A stretch of DNA of 64,000 nucleotides, from positions 106,909-170,908 of IMG/VR virus record IMGVR_UViG_3300029319_009044, one strand, 5' to 3'. Shown here one piece after another: positions 1 through 9,843 of this stretch (positions within the stretch are counted from its first letter, which is position 1; each line of letters opens with the position of its first letter). Below the pieces are notes generated by a model that saw only the letters and a program-made list of their open reading frames with translations, ran no database searches and had not been told where the DNA came from. Position numbers and translations under genes: made by a program. This stretch comes from a virus.

Positions 1-1
1 T

Positions 2-1111
2 CAAGGCTATGTAATGCCTAAACAACTTATAATGGTTGATGATAAGCAAATGATTGATTGGAGTTTAGATTCAATTCTTAAGAAAGAAGAATGTAATCTT
101 ATATTTGCTATAAGAAGGGATCATATAAGTAACTTTTCATTAGATAAAATTTTAAAGAGTAGGTATGGAGATGATATTAAAATTATTATTATAGATAAGA
201 TTACTAGAGGGTCAGTAGAGACCTGCTTACAAGCAGAAAAATATATTGATAATGATAATCCTTTAATAGTATATACTCTAGATGTTTTCTTTGAACCATC
301 TTTTGATCCTACAAAAATAGATCATAATATTAATGGTTCAATTTTAACATTTAAAAGTAACAACCCTGCTTACAGTTATGCATCACTAGATAAAAATAAA
401 AACGTAATAAAAACAGCTGAAAAAGAAGTTATCAGTGAAAATGCTGCTGTTGGTGTATATACGTTTACTAAAGGTAGTGAATTTGTAAAGTATGCTAAGT
501 TAATGATAGACTTAGATCTTACTACAAATAATGAATTTTATATTTGCCCATTATATAATTTAATGATTGAGGATGGTTGTACTATCAAGACTAAAGATGT
601 AGAAAAAATGCATCTCATGGGAACGCCTGAAGAGCTAAATTTTTTCGTAACTCATACATTAAAAACTTTTGGTGATAAACCAATCGCTCTCTGTGCAGAT
701 CATTCAGGATGGGATCTTAAAGAACAAGCTAAATCTATTTTAGATAAATACGAGTTACCATATACTGATTTTGGTACTTTTGTTAATAAAGATTGCGATT
801 ATAATGATTACGTTTTTCAGGTTACAGATTTTATTAATAAAGGTAATTGTGATTTTGCTTTAGCTTTTTGTAGAACTGGTCAAGGTATGAATATATCTGG
901 TAATAAGCAAAAAGGTATCCGAAGTGCTTTAGTATTTAATGAATACACAGCTGAATATGCTGTTAGGCATAATTGCGCAAATTATTTTTCTATACCAAGT
1001 AAATTTGTAGATAAAGAGTTATTAGATGATATGATTTATATCTGGATAACTACTACTTTTGATGGAGGTAGACATGCGACCCGTATTCAAAAAGCAGAAA
1101 CTGGTAAGTAA
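2..1111 (+). CDS. Sugar-nucleotidyltransferase (GT-A/NTP transferase) fused to C-terminal RpiB/LacAB sugar-phosphate isomerase; 5' end lies outside the window
   Basis: N-part has PKQLI, TRGSVET, AEKEVIS..AAVGVYTF, EFYICPLYN, MGTPEEL motifs; C-part has the RpiB motifs IALCADHSG, FCRTGQGM..NK.KGIRSAL, HNCAN, FDGGRHATRI. Frame is open back to the window start. Confidence 0.85.
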   Translation, partial: QGYVMPKQLIMVDDKQMIDWSLDSILKKEECNLIFAIRRDHISNFSLDKILKSRYGDDIKIIIIDKITRGSVETCLQAEKYIDNDNPLIVYTLDVFFEPSFDPTKIDHNINGSILTFKSNNPAYSYASLDKNKNVIKTAEKEVISENAAVGVYTFTKGSEFVKYAKLMIDLDLTTNNEFYICPLYNLMIEDGCTIKTKDVEKMHLMGTPEELNFFVTHTLKTFGDKPIALCADHSGWDLKEQAKSILDKYELPYTDFGTFVNKDCDYNDYVFQVTDFINKGNCDFALAFCRTGQGMNISGNKQKGIRSALVFNEYTAEYAVRHNCANYFSIPSKFVDKELLDDMIYIWITTTFDGGRHATRIQKAETGK

Positions 1112-1455
1112 TGGAAGTAAAGCATATAGATAATTTTACTAATGGTTGGTTTATTGGTGATTTTGAACCATCATTATTTAAAAATCCTTTTTTTGAGGTC
1201 GCTCATCAACACCATAAAAAAGGTAAAATAGGTGATAAACATTTTCATAAACTTACAACTGAGGTTACGTATATTGTTACTGGTTCAATGAAGATAAATG
1301 ATCTTGCACTTAATAGAGAGCGATTTTTAAAAGCTGGTAATATGTTTACTTTCTTTCCTAACGAAGTATCTGATGTAGAGTTTTTAGAGGATTCTGATCT
1401 TATAGTAGTAAGATGGCCATCTATACCTACTGATAAATATATGGTTGAACTATAA
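1111..1455 (+). CDS. Cupin-fold protein
   Basis: GWFIGDFEP, H-F-H-K...E cupin metal motif; coupled to the upstream stop. Confidence 0.7.
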   Translation: MEVKHIDNFTNGWFIGDFEPSLFKNPFFEVAHQHHKKGKIGDKHFHKLTTEVTYIVTGSMKINDLALNRERFLKAGNMFTFFPNEVSDVEFLEDSDLIVVRWPSIPTDKYMVEL

Positions 1456-1472
1456 TAACCAGTTACTATAAT
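1445..1472 (+). promoter_or_regulatory. Sigma70-type promoter TTGAAC-N16-TATAAT, 6 nt before ATG 1479
   Basis: Direct sequence; the same N16 architecture recurs at several other loci. Confidence 0.6.
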
Positions 1473-1478
1473 AATTGT

Positions 1479-2555
1479 ATGAAGAAAGCTTTAGTTTTAG
1501 GTGCCGGTGGCTTTATCGGTAATCATTTAGTATCACGTCTTAAAAAAGAAGGTTATTGGGTAAGAGGAGTTGATTTAAAAACTCCTGATTATTGTGAATC
1601 TGAAGCAGATGAATTTATCTATGGTGCTGCTGGTGATTTAAGAGATCAAAATAACTGTAAACGTTTAGTAAAGTTTGATGGTGAGCAAGGTAATTATTAT
1701 AAAAGTGTACCTGAGCAATATAAAAGACCATTTGATGAAATTTATCAACTAGCTGCTGATATGGGCGGTGCTGGTTTTATTTTTACTGGAGAAAATGATG
1801 CTGATATTATGCATAATTCTGCTTCTATAAATCTTAATATTTTAAATGCAGTAAAAGAATTTAATGAACATAGATTTAATGATAATGTAGATAATGCTGA
1901 TGCATATAATAAAAGCAAAACTAATGACACTAAAATATTTTATAGTAGTAGTGCTTGTATGTATCCTGAACATAATCAGTTAGATCCTGATAATCCTAAT
2001 TGTGAGGAATCATCAGCATACCCCGCTAACCCGGATTCAGAATATGGTTGGGAAAAACTATTTAGCGAACGACTTTATTTAACTTATAATAGAAATCATG
2101 GCATACCAGTTCGCGTAGCTAGATTTCATAATATTTTTGGACCACTAGGTACATGGAATGGTGGTAGAGAAAAAGCACCAGCTGCTATTTGCAGAAAGGT
2201 AATTGAAAGTAGTGGTGAAATTGAAATATGGGGTGACGGAAAACAAACTAGAAGCTTTCTATACGTAGATGAATGTGTTGAAGGTATTAGACGTTTAATG
2301 GATTCTGATTTTACTGGTCCTGTTAATATTGGTTCAGATGAAATGGTAACTATTAACGAGTTAGTAGATATAGCCTGTTCAGTAGAAAATAAACAAATTA
2401 CTAAAAAGCATATTGATGGTCCATTGGGTGTAGCTGGTAGAAATTCTGATAATAAGCTTATTAGTGAAAAGGTTGGCTGGGCTCCAAATTACCCTTTAGC
2501 TAAAGGTATTGAAAAAACATATAAGTGGATTAAAGAGCAAGTTAATTTAAAATAA
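1479..2555 (+). CDS. NAD-dependent epimerase/dehydratase, GDP-mannose 3,5-epimerase-like extended SDR
   Basis: GAGGFIG, QLAADMGGAGFI, YSSSACMYP, YGWEK (YxxxK), GGREKAPAAICRK, WGDGKQTRSF. Confidence 0.9.
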   Translation: MKKALVLGAGGFIGNHLVSRLKKEGYWVRGVDLKTPDYCESEADEFIYGAAGDLRDQNNCKRLVKFDGEQGNYYKSVPEQYKRPFDEIYQLAADMGGAGFIFTGENDADIMHNSASINLNILNAVKEFNEHRFNDNVDNADAYNKSKTNDTKIFYSSSACMYPEHNQLDPDNPNCEESSAYPANPDSEYGWEKLFSERLYLTYNRNHGIPVRVARFHNIFGPLGTWNGGREKAPAAICRKVIESSGEIEIWGDGKQTRSFLYVDECVEGIRRLMDSDFTGPVNIGSDEMVTINELVDIACSVENKQITKKHIDGPLGVAGRNSDNKLISEKVGWAPNYPLAKGIEKTYKWIKEQVNLK

Positions 2556-2558
2556 GAT

Positions 2559-3140
2559 ATGGTTATTAAGCAAGGAGTATACGACGGTAATTTTATTCAT
2601 AATAGATTTGCATACGAACAATTTCGTAAAGAAGTTTCTCCGTATGGTAATATTGTAGCTTTTAGAGCTCCGATGTATGTAAAAGATGCTTTAATAGATC
2701 TTGAAGATACACTGAGTAACGACTTTATTCATAGTCAAGATGCGGTTAATTTTTGTTGGGAAATACCTGGCTTGTGTCCATTAGGTGCAGTATCTTTTCA
2801 AAGACTTTTTAATACAGCAGTAGCTAATATATTGGCTGGTTATATTAATAAAGGTATCGTAATTGATGGTGATGATCTTATGGTGCAAGATGAGTTTGTG
2901 GGTATAGATAATAAAGTTAGACAGTCCGGTAAGGTAAGCGTTTCTATTACTTACTCTAAAGATAATGTTACTCTTGGTCATACTGGTATTAATATTACAG
3001 CTGGAGATAAAGCGCCGGCTTTTGCTTATTCTTCGAATCTAAGTGATAATGAAGTAAATGATTTTATGCTTAATGTTATTGACTATTTTAACGCTGAGGT
3101 AAAGGATCAGTTTATTGCGACTACTAAAATTATTGTATGA
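2559..3140 (+). CDS. DUF366-family protein (lipoate/biotin-ligase-like fold)
   Basis: YDG..IH..FAY, IVAFRAPM.V, IDLED, FQRL, IDGDDL, KVSVSI, HTGINI pattern recalled for DUF366. Confidence 0.65.
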   Translation: MVIKQGVYDGNFIHNRFAYEQFRKEVSPYGNIVAFRAPMYVKDALIDLEDTLSNDFIHSQDAVNFCWEIPGLCPLGAVSFQRLFNTAVANILAGYINKGIVIDGDDLMVQDEFVGIDNKVRQSGKVSVSITYSKDNVTLGHTGINITAGDKAPAFAYSSNLSDNEVNDFMLNVIDYFNAEVKDQFIATTKIIV

Positions 3141-3289
3141 CAATTTGGAGACTTTGGGCTAAAGCATTAGGTGAAAAATCAGGATCTAATAACGAAGCAG
3201 ATATAATTGCTTTAATACGTACATTAATTATATTACAAGCTATATTATGTAACTTTTTTATTGTAGCTAATATTGTAAAAAATTGGTAA
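3137..3289 (+). CDS. Small membrane protein (50 aa, MTIWRLWAKALGEKSG...), a type common in marine T4-like phages
   Basis: Translated by hand; ATGA and TAATG overlaps with both neighbours; one hydrophobic segment. Confidence 0.7.
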   Translation: MTIWRLWAKALGEKSGSNNEADIIALIRTLIILQAILCNFFIVANIVKNW

Positions 3290-3663
3290 TGAACTTTTTT
3301 CAATTACAAAATAAATTATTTTATTCTAAAAAGAATGAAGCTGGTGAATTAGACTCAGAAGGCGAGCAAGCTTTTGTACCGTTCCTTTTTAATAGATGGC
3401 TTTCCTTTTATAGTAAGGAACTACCTGGTTTTGTTAATGAGACTTTAAATAAATTTGGAAATATATTTGACGATAAACAAGAAGTATATAAATTATATTA
3501 TTATCTTATACCTCGTCTAAAATGGAAGCGCATTTCCTATATTAAGAAAAAGAAAAAAGATAAAGAAGAGATTGAAGGTCTATATAATATAGCAAAAAAT
3601 AAAAATATATCTACAAGAGAGATAGAGCAATACGTTGAATTAGATAAAATTTTATGTAAATAG
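3289..3663 (+). CDS. gp62: Clamp loader small subunit (T4 gp62-like)
   Basis: F.PFLFNRWLS motif, size, basic C-terminal half; start set at the ATG overlapping the upstream stop. Confidence 0.65.
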   Translation: MNFFQLQNKLFYSKKNEAGELDSEGEQAFVPFLFNRWLSFYSKELPGFVNETLNKFGNIFDDKQEVYKLYYYLIPRLKWKRISYIKKKKKDKEEIEGLYNIAKNKNISTREIEQYVELDKILCK

Positions 3664-3667
3664 CTGT

Positions 3668-4087
3668 ATGGCGATGGCAAGTATTGATAATTTAGCACCT
3701 ACAAAAAGCTTAATCGACTTAACTCAAAAAGATAAAGGAGATTTTGGACTTGATGATTATGATTTAGACTTTATTTTTGATGATATTCTTTTAGTTGAAT
3801 ATGTAGATGAAACTGATGAAGGCGATGAAGTTATTCGTAATGGAATTGTAGTACCTACAAATGCTTTAACTAAAGCTTGGCGAAAGGGTAGAGTTATTCT
3901 TGCAGGTCCAGATACTAAACACGCAAAAGAAGGTGATATTGTAATCTTTCCAAATAATATGGGTGTTACTATTTCTAACATTTCAGTACGTGGCAAAGGT
4001 AAAGTTGCTAAAGGTATTTTCTTAAACGAAGAGAGAATGTTTGGTATTTGTAAACATAAAGATGATAATACAAAAAGCAACTCTTGA
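3668..4087 (+). CDS. groES: Co-chaperonin GroES-like
   Basis: DDILLVE...GIVVP...KGRVILAGP...KEGDIVIFP...FLNEERMFG. Confidence 0.75.
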   Translation: MAMASIDNLAPTKSLIDLTQKDKGDFGLDDYDLDFIFDDILLVEYVDETDEGDEVIRNGIVVPTNALTKAWRKGRVILAGPDTKHAKEGDIVIFPNNMGVTISNISVRGKGKVAKGIFLNEERMFGICKHKDDNTKSNS

Positions 4088-4439
4088 TACCCTTCTTCAG
4101 AATAACGTACTTGAAGTGAGATTTCCTAGAAGAATAGTTAAAGCTGGTTTAGCTGCTACTAGAAGAATGCTTTGTACCAACTCTTTAACTTTACTTAATT
4201 CAGTTAATGGTAGGATATCTTTAAATTATTTTGCACCTAAAGGACCTCCTAAGCCGTATCTCGGGCCTGATAATTTATCTGTTGCTTGGGATATTATAAT
4301 GCAAGATTATAGAAATATAAATTGTAATCAAGTAGATTTAATACAAGAAATACCAGCAAATGATGACTTTTGGGTTTATTTTAACGAAAATATATATCCA
4401 ATGTCAGCACAGCAAAAATTAAATTTTATGAATTCATGA
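4062..4439 (+). CDS. SH3/WYL_2 (DUF2693)-like phage protein
   Basis: LQNNVLEVRF...RRMLCT...AWDII.QDYRNI pattern. Confidence 0.5.
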   Translation: MIIQKATLDTLLQNNVLEVRFPRRIVKAGLAATRRMLCTNSLTLLNSVNGRISLNYFAPKGPPKPYLGPDNLSVAWDIIMQDYRNINCNQVDLIQEIPANDDFWVYFNENIYPMSAQQKLNFMNS

Positions 4440-4789
4440 ACGTAAGTTTAGAAAGAGTATCAGATTTTTTAAAGCCCTTTTTATTAAAAGATATAATTAT
4501 TAGAACTAATAAGAAAGTTCTTAAAAAAGGTAAATTTAAAATATTTCAAATTAAGCAATATTATATTAATTTTACTCTTGAAATAAACGGTGTTAATAAG
4601 AATTACGAAATTCCATATCCTTATAGCTTACAAAATGAAGAAGATATTGGTGTTTTAAATTACCATTTAAGCTCTTTTATACCTAAAGGACAAATGACAA
4701 GAGTAAAATTTTTAGATAGTTCTTCTAAATCAAAACTATATGACAGCCTTGTATATATATTGCCTTCAGATGGAAATATTATAAAATAA
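4436..4789 (+). CDS. Hypothetical protein
   Basis: ORF with ATGA overlap. Confidence 0.6.
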   Translation: MNVSLERVSDFLKPFLLKDIIIRTNKKVLKKGKFKIFQIKQYYINFTLEINGVNKNYEIPYPYSLQNEEDIGVLNYHLSSFIPKGQMTRVKFLDSSSKSKLYDSLVYILPSDGNIIK

Positions 4790-4792
4790 AGT

Positions 4793-6427
4793 GTGATAGG
4801 TGGTTTATTAAAAAGCTTTCCGGATAAGTATAATCCGAATCCCGCTCAAATAAAATTGCTTAAAAATATTGATCAAGCATTTACTGATGGTTATAAATTT
4901 GTTATTTGTAATGCCCCTACAGGATCTGGGAAGTCATTTATATCAAAAACTATAGGTAATGTATCTAGAGAACCAACAAAAGAGTTTAGAGAGATTGTAA
5001 CAAATTATTTAGTATATAAGAGATCCCATGGAGGTGGGTATATGTATGAAGATGAATGTAATAGTGAGCAAGCTTTTGGATGTACAGCTTTAACTATAAC
5101 TAAGGCATTACAAGATCAATATAAAGAGTTATTTAATGATATAAAGATTTTAAAAGGAAAATCAAACTATCAATGCGAAGTGGATGATAGATTTACTGTT
5201 GAGCTAGCTCCTTGCTTGCATTTACCTAAAATTAAAGAAGAATGTTGGGCTAAAAATAAGTGTCCTTATTATGAGGATAGAAATACTGCACTAACTTCAA
5301 CTTTTAGTACTTTAAATTATAATATGTTTTTCTCTTTACCGGATCATTTAAAAAAGAGACAATACATTATATGTGATGAAGCTGCTGAATTAGAAGATCA
5401 ATTAGTAAAAGAATTTTCTTGTTCTATTAATTTTGAAAGCTTAACTAGAATGGAAGTTAACATTAGACCTTTTTATTCTAGAAATAGTTTACAAGTAGTA
5501 AAGTGGATAAATGAACTTATTTTAGATTTAAATGATAGAATAGAAGAATTAAAAGATGTAACAAACAATAATAAAATAAGTAAAAAATTTATTATTGAGT
5601 CAAAGAAGAATTTGATTTCGTTGAGAAATTTACATTCAAAACTATCGCTTATAATAGATACTTGGAATGAAAGTGAATACCTATATGAAACTGATAAAAA
5701 AGGTATCAATTTTATGCCTTTAAAGGTTGATAAATTGGCTAATCATTTATTTAAACATGCTGATAAGGTAATATTAATGTCAGCTACTATTATTGATCCT
5801 AATAATTTTAGTAAAAGTTTAGGTATTAAAAAATTTAAATATATAGAAGCTGAATCTTCATTTGATTCTAAAAATGCTCCTATCTACTGTAATACTAAAG
5901 TTAAATTAAATTACCATAATTTAAAACGCAGTCTACCTAAAGTTGTAAAACAAATAGAAGAAATTTGCGATTTTCATAAAAGTGATAAAGGTATTATTCA
6001 TACTCATAATAATATTATTACATCTTTCTTATCAGATAAATTAACTGATTCAAGATTTTTAATAAGAGAGCCCGGAGTTAGAAATGAAGTTATATTAGAG
6101 CAACATTTTTTAAATAATGACCCTACTGTTTTAATATCCCCTTCTATGTCTCATGGTGTTGATTTAAGAGATGATCTTGCAAGATTTCAAATCATAGTTA
6201 AAGCTCCATTTTTACCTACTAAAGATAAACGAATAGAAAAATTAATGAAAGATAACTTTGATTGGTATATCAATAAGATGCTTTGTTCGTTAATTCAATC
6301 ATGTGGAAGAGGTGTAAGATCTCATAAAGATCACTGTGTTACTTATATTTTAGATGGTTCTATTGCTGAGAGTGTAGTTAATAATAGACATAAGCTACCT
6401 AAATATTTCATTGATAGGTTTTTGTAA
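4793..6427 (+). CDS. DinG/XPD-family SF2 helicase
   Basis: APTGSGKS Walker A, LQDQY, KGKSNYQC plus Cys cluster (CPYY), DEAAE, MSATI, GVDLRDD, QSCGRGVRSHKD. Confidence 0.85.
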   Translation: MIGGLLKSFPDKYNPNPAQIKLLKNIDQAFTDGYKFVICNAPTGSGKSFISKTIGNVSREPTKEFREIVTNYLVYKRSHGGGYMYEDECNSEQAFGCTALTITKALQDQYKELFNDIKILKGKSNYQCEVDDRFTVELAPCLHLPKIKEECWAKNKCPYYEDRNTALTSTFSTLNYNMFFSLPDHLKKRQYIICDEAAELEDQLVKEFSCSINFESLTRMEVNIRPFYSRNSLQVVKWINELILDLNDRIEELKDVTNNNKISKKFIIESKKNLISLRNLHSKLSLIIDTWNESEYLYETDKKGINFMPLKVDKLANHLFKHADKVILMSATIIDPNNFSKSLGIKKFKYIEAESSFDSKNAPIYCNTKVKLNYHNLKRSLPKVVKQIEEICDFHKSDKGIIHTHNNIITSFLSDKLTDSRFLIREPGVRNEVILEQHFLNNDPTVLISPSMSHGVDLRDDLARFQIIVKAPFLPTKDKRIEKLMKDNFDWYINKMLCSLIQSCGRGVRSHKDHCVTYILDGSIAESVVNNRHKLPKYFIDRFL

Positions 6428-6444
6428 TAAATATATAAGACGGT

Positions 6445-7617
6445 ATGAAGAATAGAGCTTTTCATTTTGAAATTAAAAATTTACTAACCCAGTTTGTTGC
6501 TGCATTTGATGATACAGTAATAAGTAGGTTTGATAAAAACAGAAATGCGAAGTCAAATATAGAGGTTAGATATGTCTTTGCGCCTAAGCAGCGCGTTATG
6601 TACGATATAGTAAATAAAGCTCAAAATTTAACCCTTCCAGTTGTAGCAATTAATTTAGATAGTGTATCACGAGATGAAACAAGAGTTTTTAATAAACTAG
6701 CTACTTCAATGATACCTGCTCAAGAAAAAGATGATCCTAAATCCTCTACTAAATTTCTAATGCCGGTACCAGTAAATCTTGAAGTTAGTATGTCTATTCT
6801 TGCAAGATACATGCAAGATGTAGATCAAATAGTTTCAAATTTTGTTCCATATAATAATCCTTATATTATACTTTCTTGGAAAGTACCCGAAGATATAGGT
6901 GCAGAGTATGATCAAGAGATAAGAAGTGAAGTTCTTTGGAATGGAAATTTAACTTACTCTACTCCAACAGATACAACTTATTCCGAAAAATTTAGAATAA
7001 CAGTTGATACATCTTTTACTATAAAGGGTTGGTTATTTCCAGAAGAAAAAAGTAACGTTGGTAATATATATCAAATCGATAATAATTTTATAGCAGTAGA
7101 TTTACAAAATAGAATATACTCTCCTCTTGAAGAGCAGATATCAGTAGAATCTTATACCAATCAAGGTTATGGAGCTTTATCGGGTTATGATAATAGTGTA
7201 CCTACTAATTATTCAGAAACTATATCTATATCAGGTGTACCTACATTTACAAATATATTTTATACTACTTCAGGTGTTTTTGAACAATTAAGAAATGAAA
7301 CATCTGTACTATCCTCTCAAACTAATAATTTTATATTATATGGAAAATCATTAAATTATAGTAATTCACTTTACATAAGTGCTAATAGATTAAATTTCTT
7401 TACAGATTTCCAAAAAGTAACTTCTGCTAAATTAGATACTATAAGCGCATATAAACTTGATGATAGTCTTTATAATATAGCTACTGATAATATAGTAAGT
7501 ATATTCTTACCAACTTCTACTTTAAGTGGTACCGGTAAGTTTACTTTTGTAACAGCTAACGAAGCTGGATGGGCTTCTTCTTATCAAGCTGCTAGCTCTA
7601 TCCTTAACTTAGAATAA
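6445..7617 (+). CDS. gp15: Tail sheath stabiliser/terminator (T4 gp15-like) with C-terminal extension
   Basis: F..AFDD.VI.R, YVFAPKQR, TLPV, MPVPVNL...MSI, QIVSNF.PY, FTIKGWLF. Confidence 0.8.
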   Translation: MKNRAFHFEIKNLLTQFVAAFDDTVISRFDKNRNAKSNIEVRYVFAPKQRVMYDIVNKAQNLTLPVVAINLDSVSRDETRVFNKLATSMIPAQEKDDPKSSTKFLMPVPVNLEVSMSILARYMQDVDQIVSNFVPYNNPYIILSWKVPEDIGAEYDQEIRSEVLWNGNLTYSTPTDTTYSEKFRITVDTSFTIKGWLFPEEKSNVGNIYQIDNNFIAVDLQNRIYSPLEEQISVESYTNQGYGALSGYDNSVPTNYSETISISGVPTFTNIFYTTSGVFEQLRNETSVLSSQTNNFILYGKSLNYSNSLYISANRLNFFTDFQKVTSAKLDTISAYKLDDSLYNIATDNIVSIFLPTSTLSGTGKFTFVTANEAGWASSYQAASSILNLE

Positions 7618-7626
7618 ATATAAATA

Positions 7627-9438
7627 ATGGCAAGACCTGATTCATCAACATCATCTCCTACTAATCGTTCTTATGTAACGAACGATGGGCGGGCATCTAC
7701 ATTTGGTAGAAATTTAATTCAATATATTCAAAATAGATTACCATATTCAAATGTAGCTCCTGAACAAGATAATCTCAATCCTAAGTATAATATATTTAAA
7801 AAGACAGGAATGAAGAGAGCAGAAGCTTTAGCAAAAGCTTCAGTTTCTTCTTCTAATCCATACAACAATATACCTATAGGTGATTTCGCAAAAGACTCGT
7901 CTTTTGGCGATGTAATGTATGCTAATATACAAGAAGATAAACAAGGTAGGTTAAGAGATTATAGAATAATTGCTGCTTATTCTGAAGTAGCTGATGCATT
8001 AGATGAAATTTGTGATGAAACAATTAATCCAGATGAATCTGGGTGGGTTACAAAATTACATTTAAAAGAAATTGATTTAACTATAGAAGAAAAAGCTGAA
8101 CTAGATAAACAGTTTCATAGATATGTAGAATATTATGATTTAAAAAATAAAGGCTGGCAATATTTTAGACAGCTTCTTGTAGAAGGAGAGTTATTTTTTG
8201 AACAAATAGTTCATGAAGGGTATTTAGAGGATGGTATATTAGGGGTAATTAATTTACCTGCTGAGATAATTGACCCGGTTTATAACAATATTCAAAATAT
8301 GCTAGTAAAGGGCTTTATTTACAGAAAGCCTATTTTTAGTATAGATAAACCTAATAAGATTGAAAAAATTGAATTTATTCCTATGGATCAAAACCAGATT
8401 ACTTATGTTAACTCTGGTGTATATAATGAAACTAAAAACTTTGTTGTACCATTTTTAGAAAATGCTAGAAGACCTTATAGGCAATTATCTTTAATTGAAG
8501 ATGCTATTGTAATATATAGATTAGTAAGAGCGCCAGAGAGATTAGTTTTTAATGTTGACGTAGGAAACATGGCACCTCCTAAAGCAGAAGCTTATCTAAG
8601 AAAACTCATATCAAATTATTGGTCAAAGAAAACTTTTGATTTGGATCAAGATAATGTAGTTAAAAAATTTAACCCTCAATCAATGCTTGATGCATTTTGG
8701 TTTGCTAGGAGACAAGGTTCTGAAGGTACAACTGTATCACAATTAGCTGGAGGTGCTAATTTAGGAGAACTATCTGACTTAATGTATTTTATTAAAAAGC
8801 TTTATAGAGCTCTTAAAGTACCTTCAACTAGACTTGATCCTAATGACCAGGCTTCTGCTGACGGATCAACTATATTAAGAGAGGAGTTAAAATTTGCTCG
8901 TTTTGTAATGAGACAGCAACAAAGATTTGGAGCTGGTCTTAAAAAAGGGTTTATTACACATTTAACATTAATGGGTCTATTTAAGAAATATGACTTAAAT
9001 GAGCAAAATTTAGAAATAGAGTTTAATGTACCTACTAATTTTTATGAATTAAGAGAAAATCAAAGATTAGAATTAAAAGCAGGTAATTTTAACAATCTAG
9101 CCTCATCAGAATTTGTATCAGCTACATATGCACAAAAAAAATATCTTGGTTGGAGAGATAAGGATATTCTAGCTAATAGAGAGTTTTTAAGAAAAGATGC
9201 TGAATTACAGTGGGAGTTATCTCAAATACAAGCAGCAGGACCGGCATGGAAAGAGCAAGCAGTAGCTGGAGAAGTAGCAGGAGGTGAAGCTGCTGTTGGC
9301 GGTGAAGGTGCTGGGGTAGGAGCTAGTGGAGGAGAAGGTGGTATTCCTGAGTTTGGTGGAGGACCAGCAGATACAGGAGATAATGTAGAAGTAGCAGCTG
9401 AAGCTGAACCTGATACAGCTGAAACAGCTGAGATTTAA
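7627..9438 (+). CDS. gp20: Portal vertex protein
   Basis: YSEVADALDEI, QLSLIEDAIVIYRLVRAPERLVFNVDVGNM, LYRALKVP.TRL, REELKF. Confidence 0.97.
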   Translation: MARPDSSTSSPTNRSYVTNDGRASTFGRNLIQYIQNRLPYSNVAPEQDNLNPKYNIFKKTGMKRAEALAKASVSSSNPYNNIPIGDFAKDSSFGDVMYANIQEDKQGRLRDYRIIAAYSEVADALDEICDETINPDESGWVTKLHLKEIDLTIEEKAELDKQFHRYVEYYDLKNKGWQYFRQLLVEGELFFEQIVHEGYLEDGILGVINLPAEIIDPVYNNIQNMLVKGFIYRKPIFSIDKPNKIEKIEFIPMDQNQITYVNSGVYNETKNFVVPFLENARRPYRQLSLIEDAIVIYRLVRAPERLVFNVDVGNMAPPKAEAYLRKLISNYWSKKTFDLDQDNVVKKFNPQSMLDAFWFARRQGSEGTTVSQLAGGANLGELSDLMYFIKKLYRALKVPSTRLDPNDQASADGSTILREELKFARFVMRQQQRFGAGLKKGFITHLTLMGLFKKYDLNEQNLEIEFNVPTNFYELRENQRLELKAGNFNNLASSEFVSATYAQKKYLGWRDKDILANREFLRKDAELQWELSQIQAAGPAWKEQAVAGEVAGGEAAVGGEGAGVGASGGEGGIPEFGGGPADTGDNVEVAAEAEPDTAETAEI

Positions 9439-9813
9439 TTATCTTATTGGATTAGAGCTAAAGAACTGAGTCCTATAATAAAGAGTACCAGCTCCAGTAC
9501 CAGTTTTAGCTGAAACTTGATTAACGTTAGTTAAACCTCTTAAAGTAATACTGTCATTATCATCAAGTAAAAAACCTCTGCTTACATTTATAGCTTCGGC
9601 ATCACCCCAAGCATCTGATCTATCAAATAAAGTAACTGTTTGACCTGTCTTATTTACTATGTATACTTCTGAGCATAATTGACCTAAAAATGGTTTAACT
9701 GAATCAACACCTGATAAACGAGTCATACCTGTAGTTACACGAATATTAAATGATCTACACTCATTATTATTAAAATATGTACTTCCGTTATTAGTAGTTA
9801 GAGCTTCTGGCAT
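9439..9813 (-). CDS. Hypothetical (probably virion) protein
   Basis: ORF with TAAATA-N5-ATG late-promoter signature. Confidence 0.7.
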   Translation of the reverse strand: MPEALTTNNGSTYFNNNECRSFNIRVTTGMTRLSGVDSVKPFLGQLCSEVYIVNKTGQTVTLFDRSDAWGDAEAINVSRGFLLDDNDSITLRGLTNVNQVSAKTGTGAGTLYYRTQFFSSNPIR

Positions 9814-9843
9814 ATTATTATTTATGCTAGAATAAATAATTTT

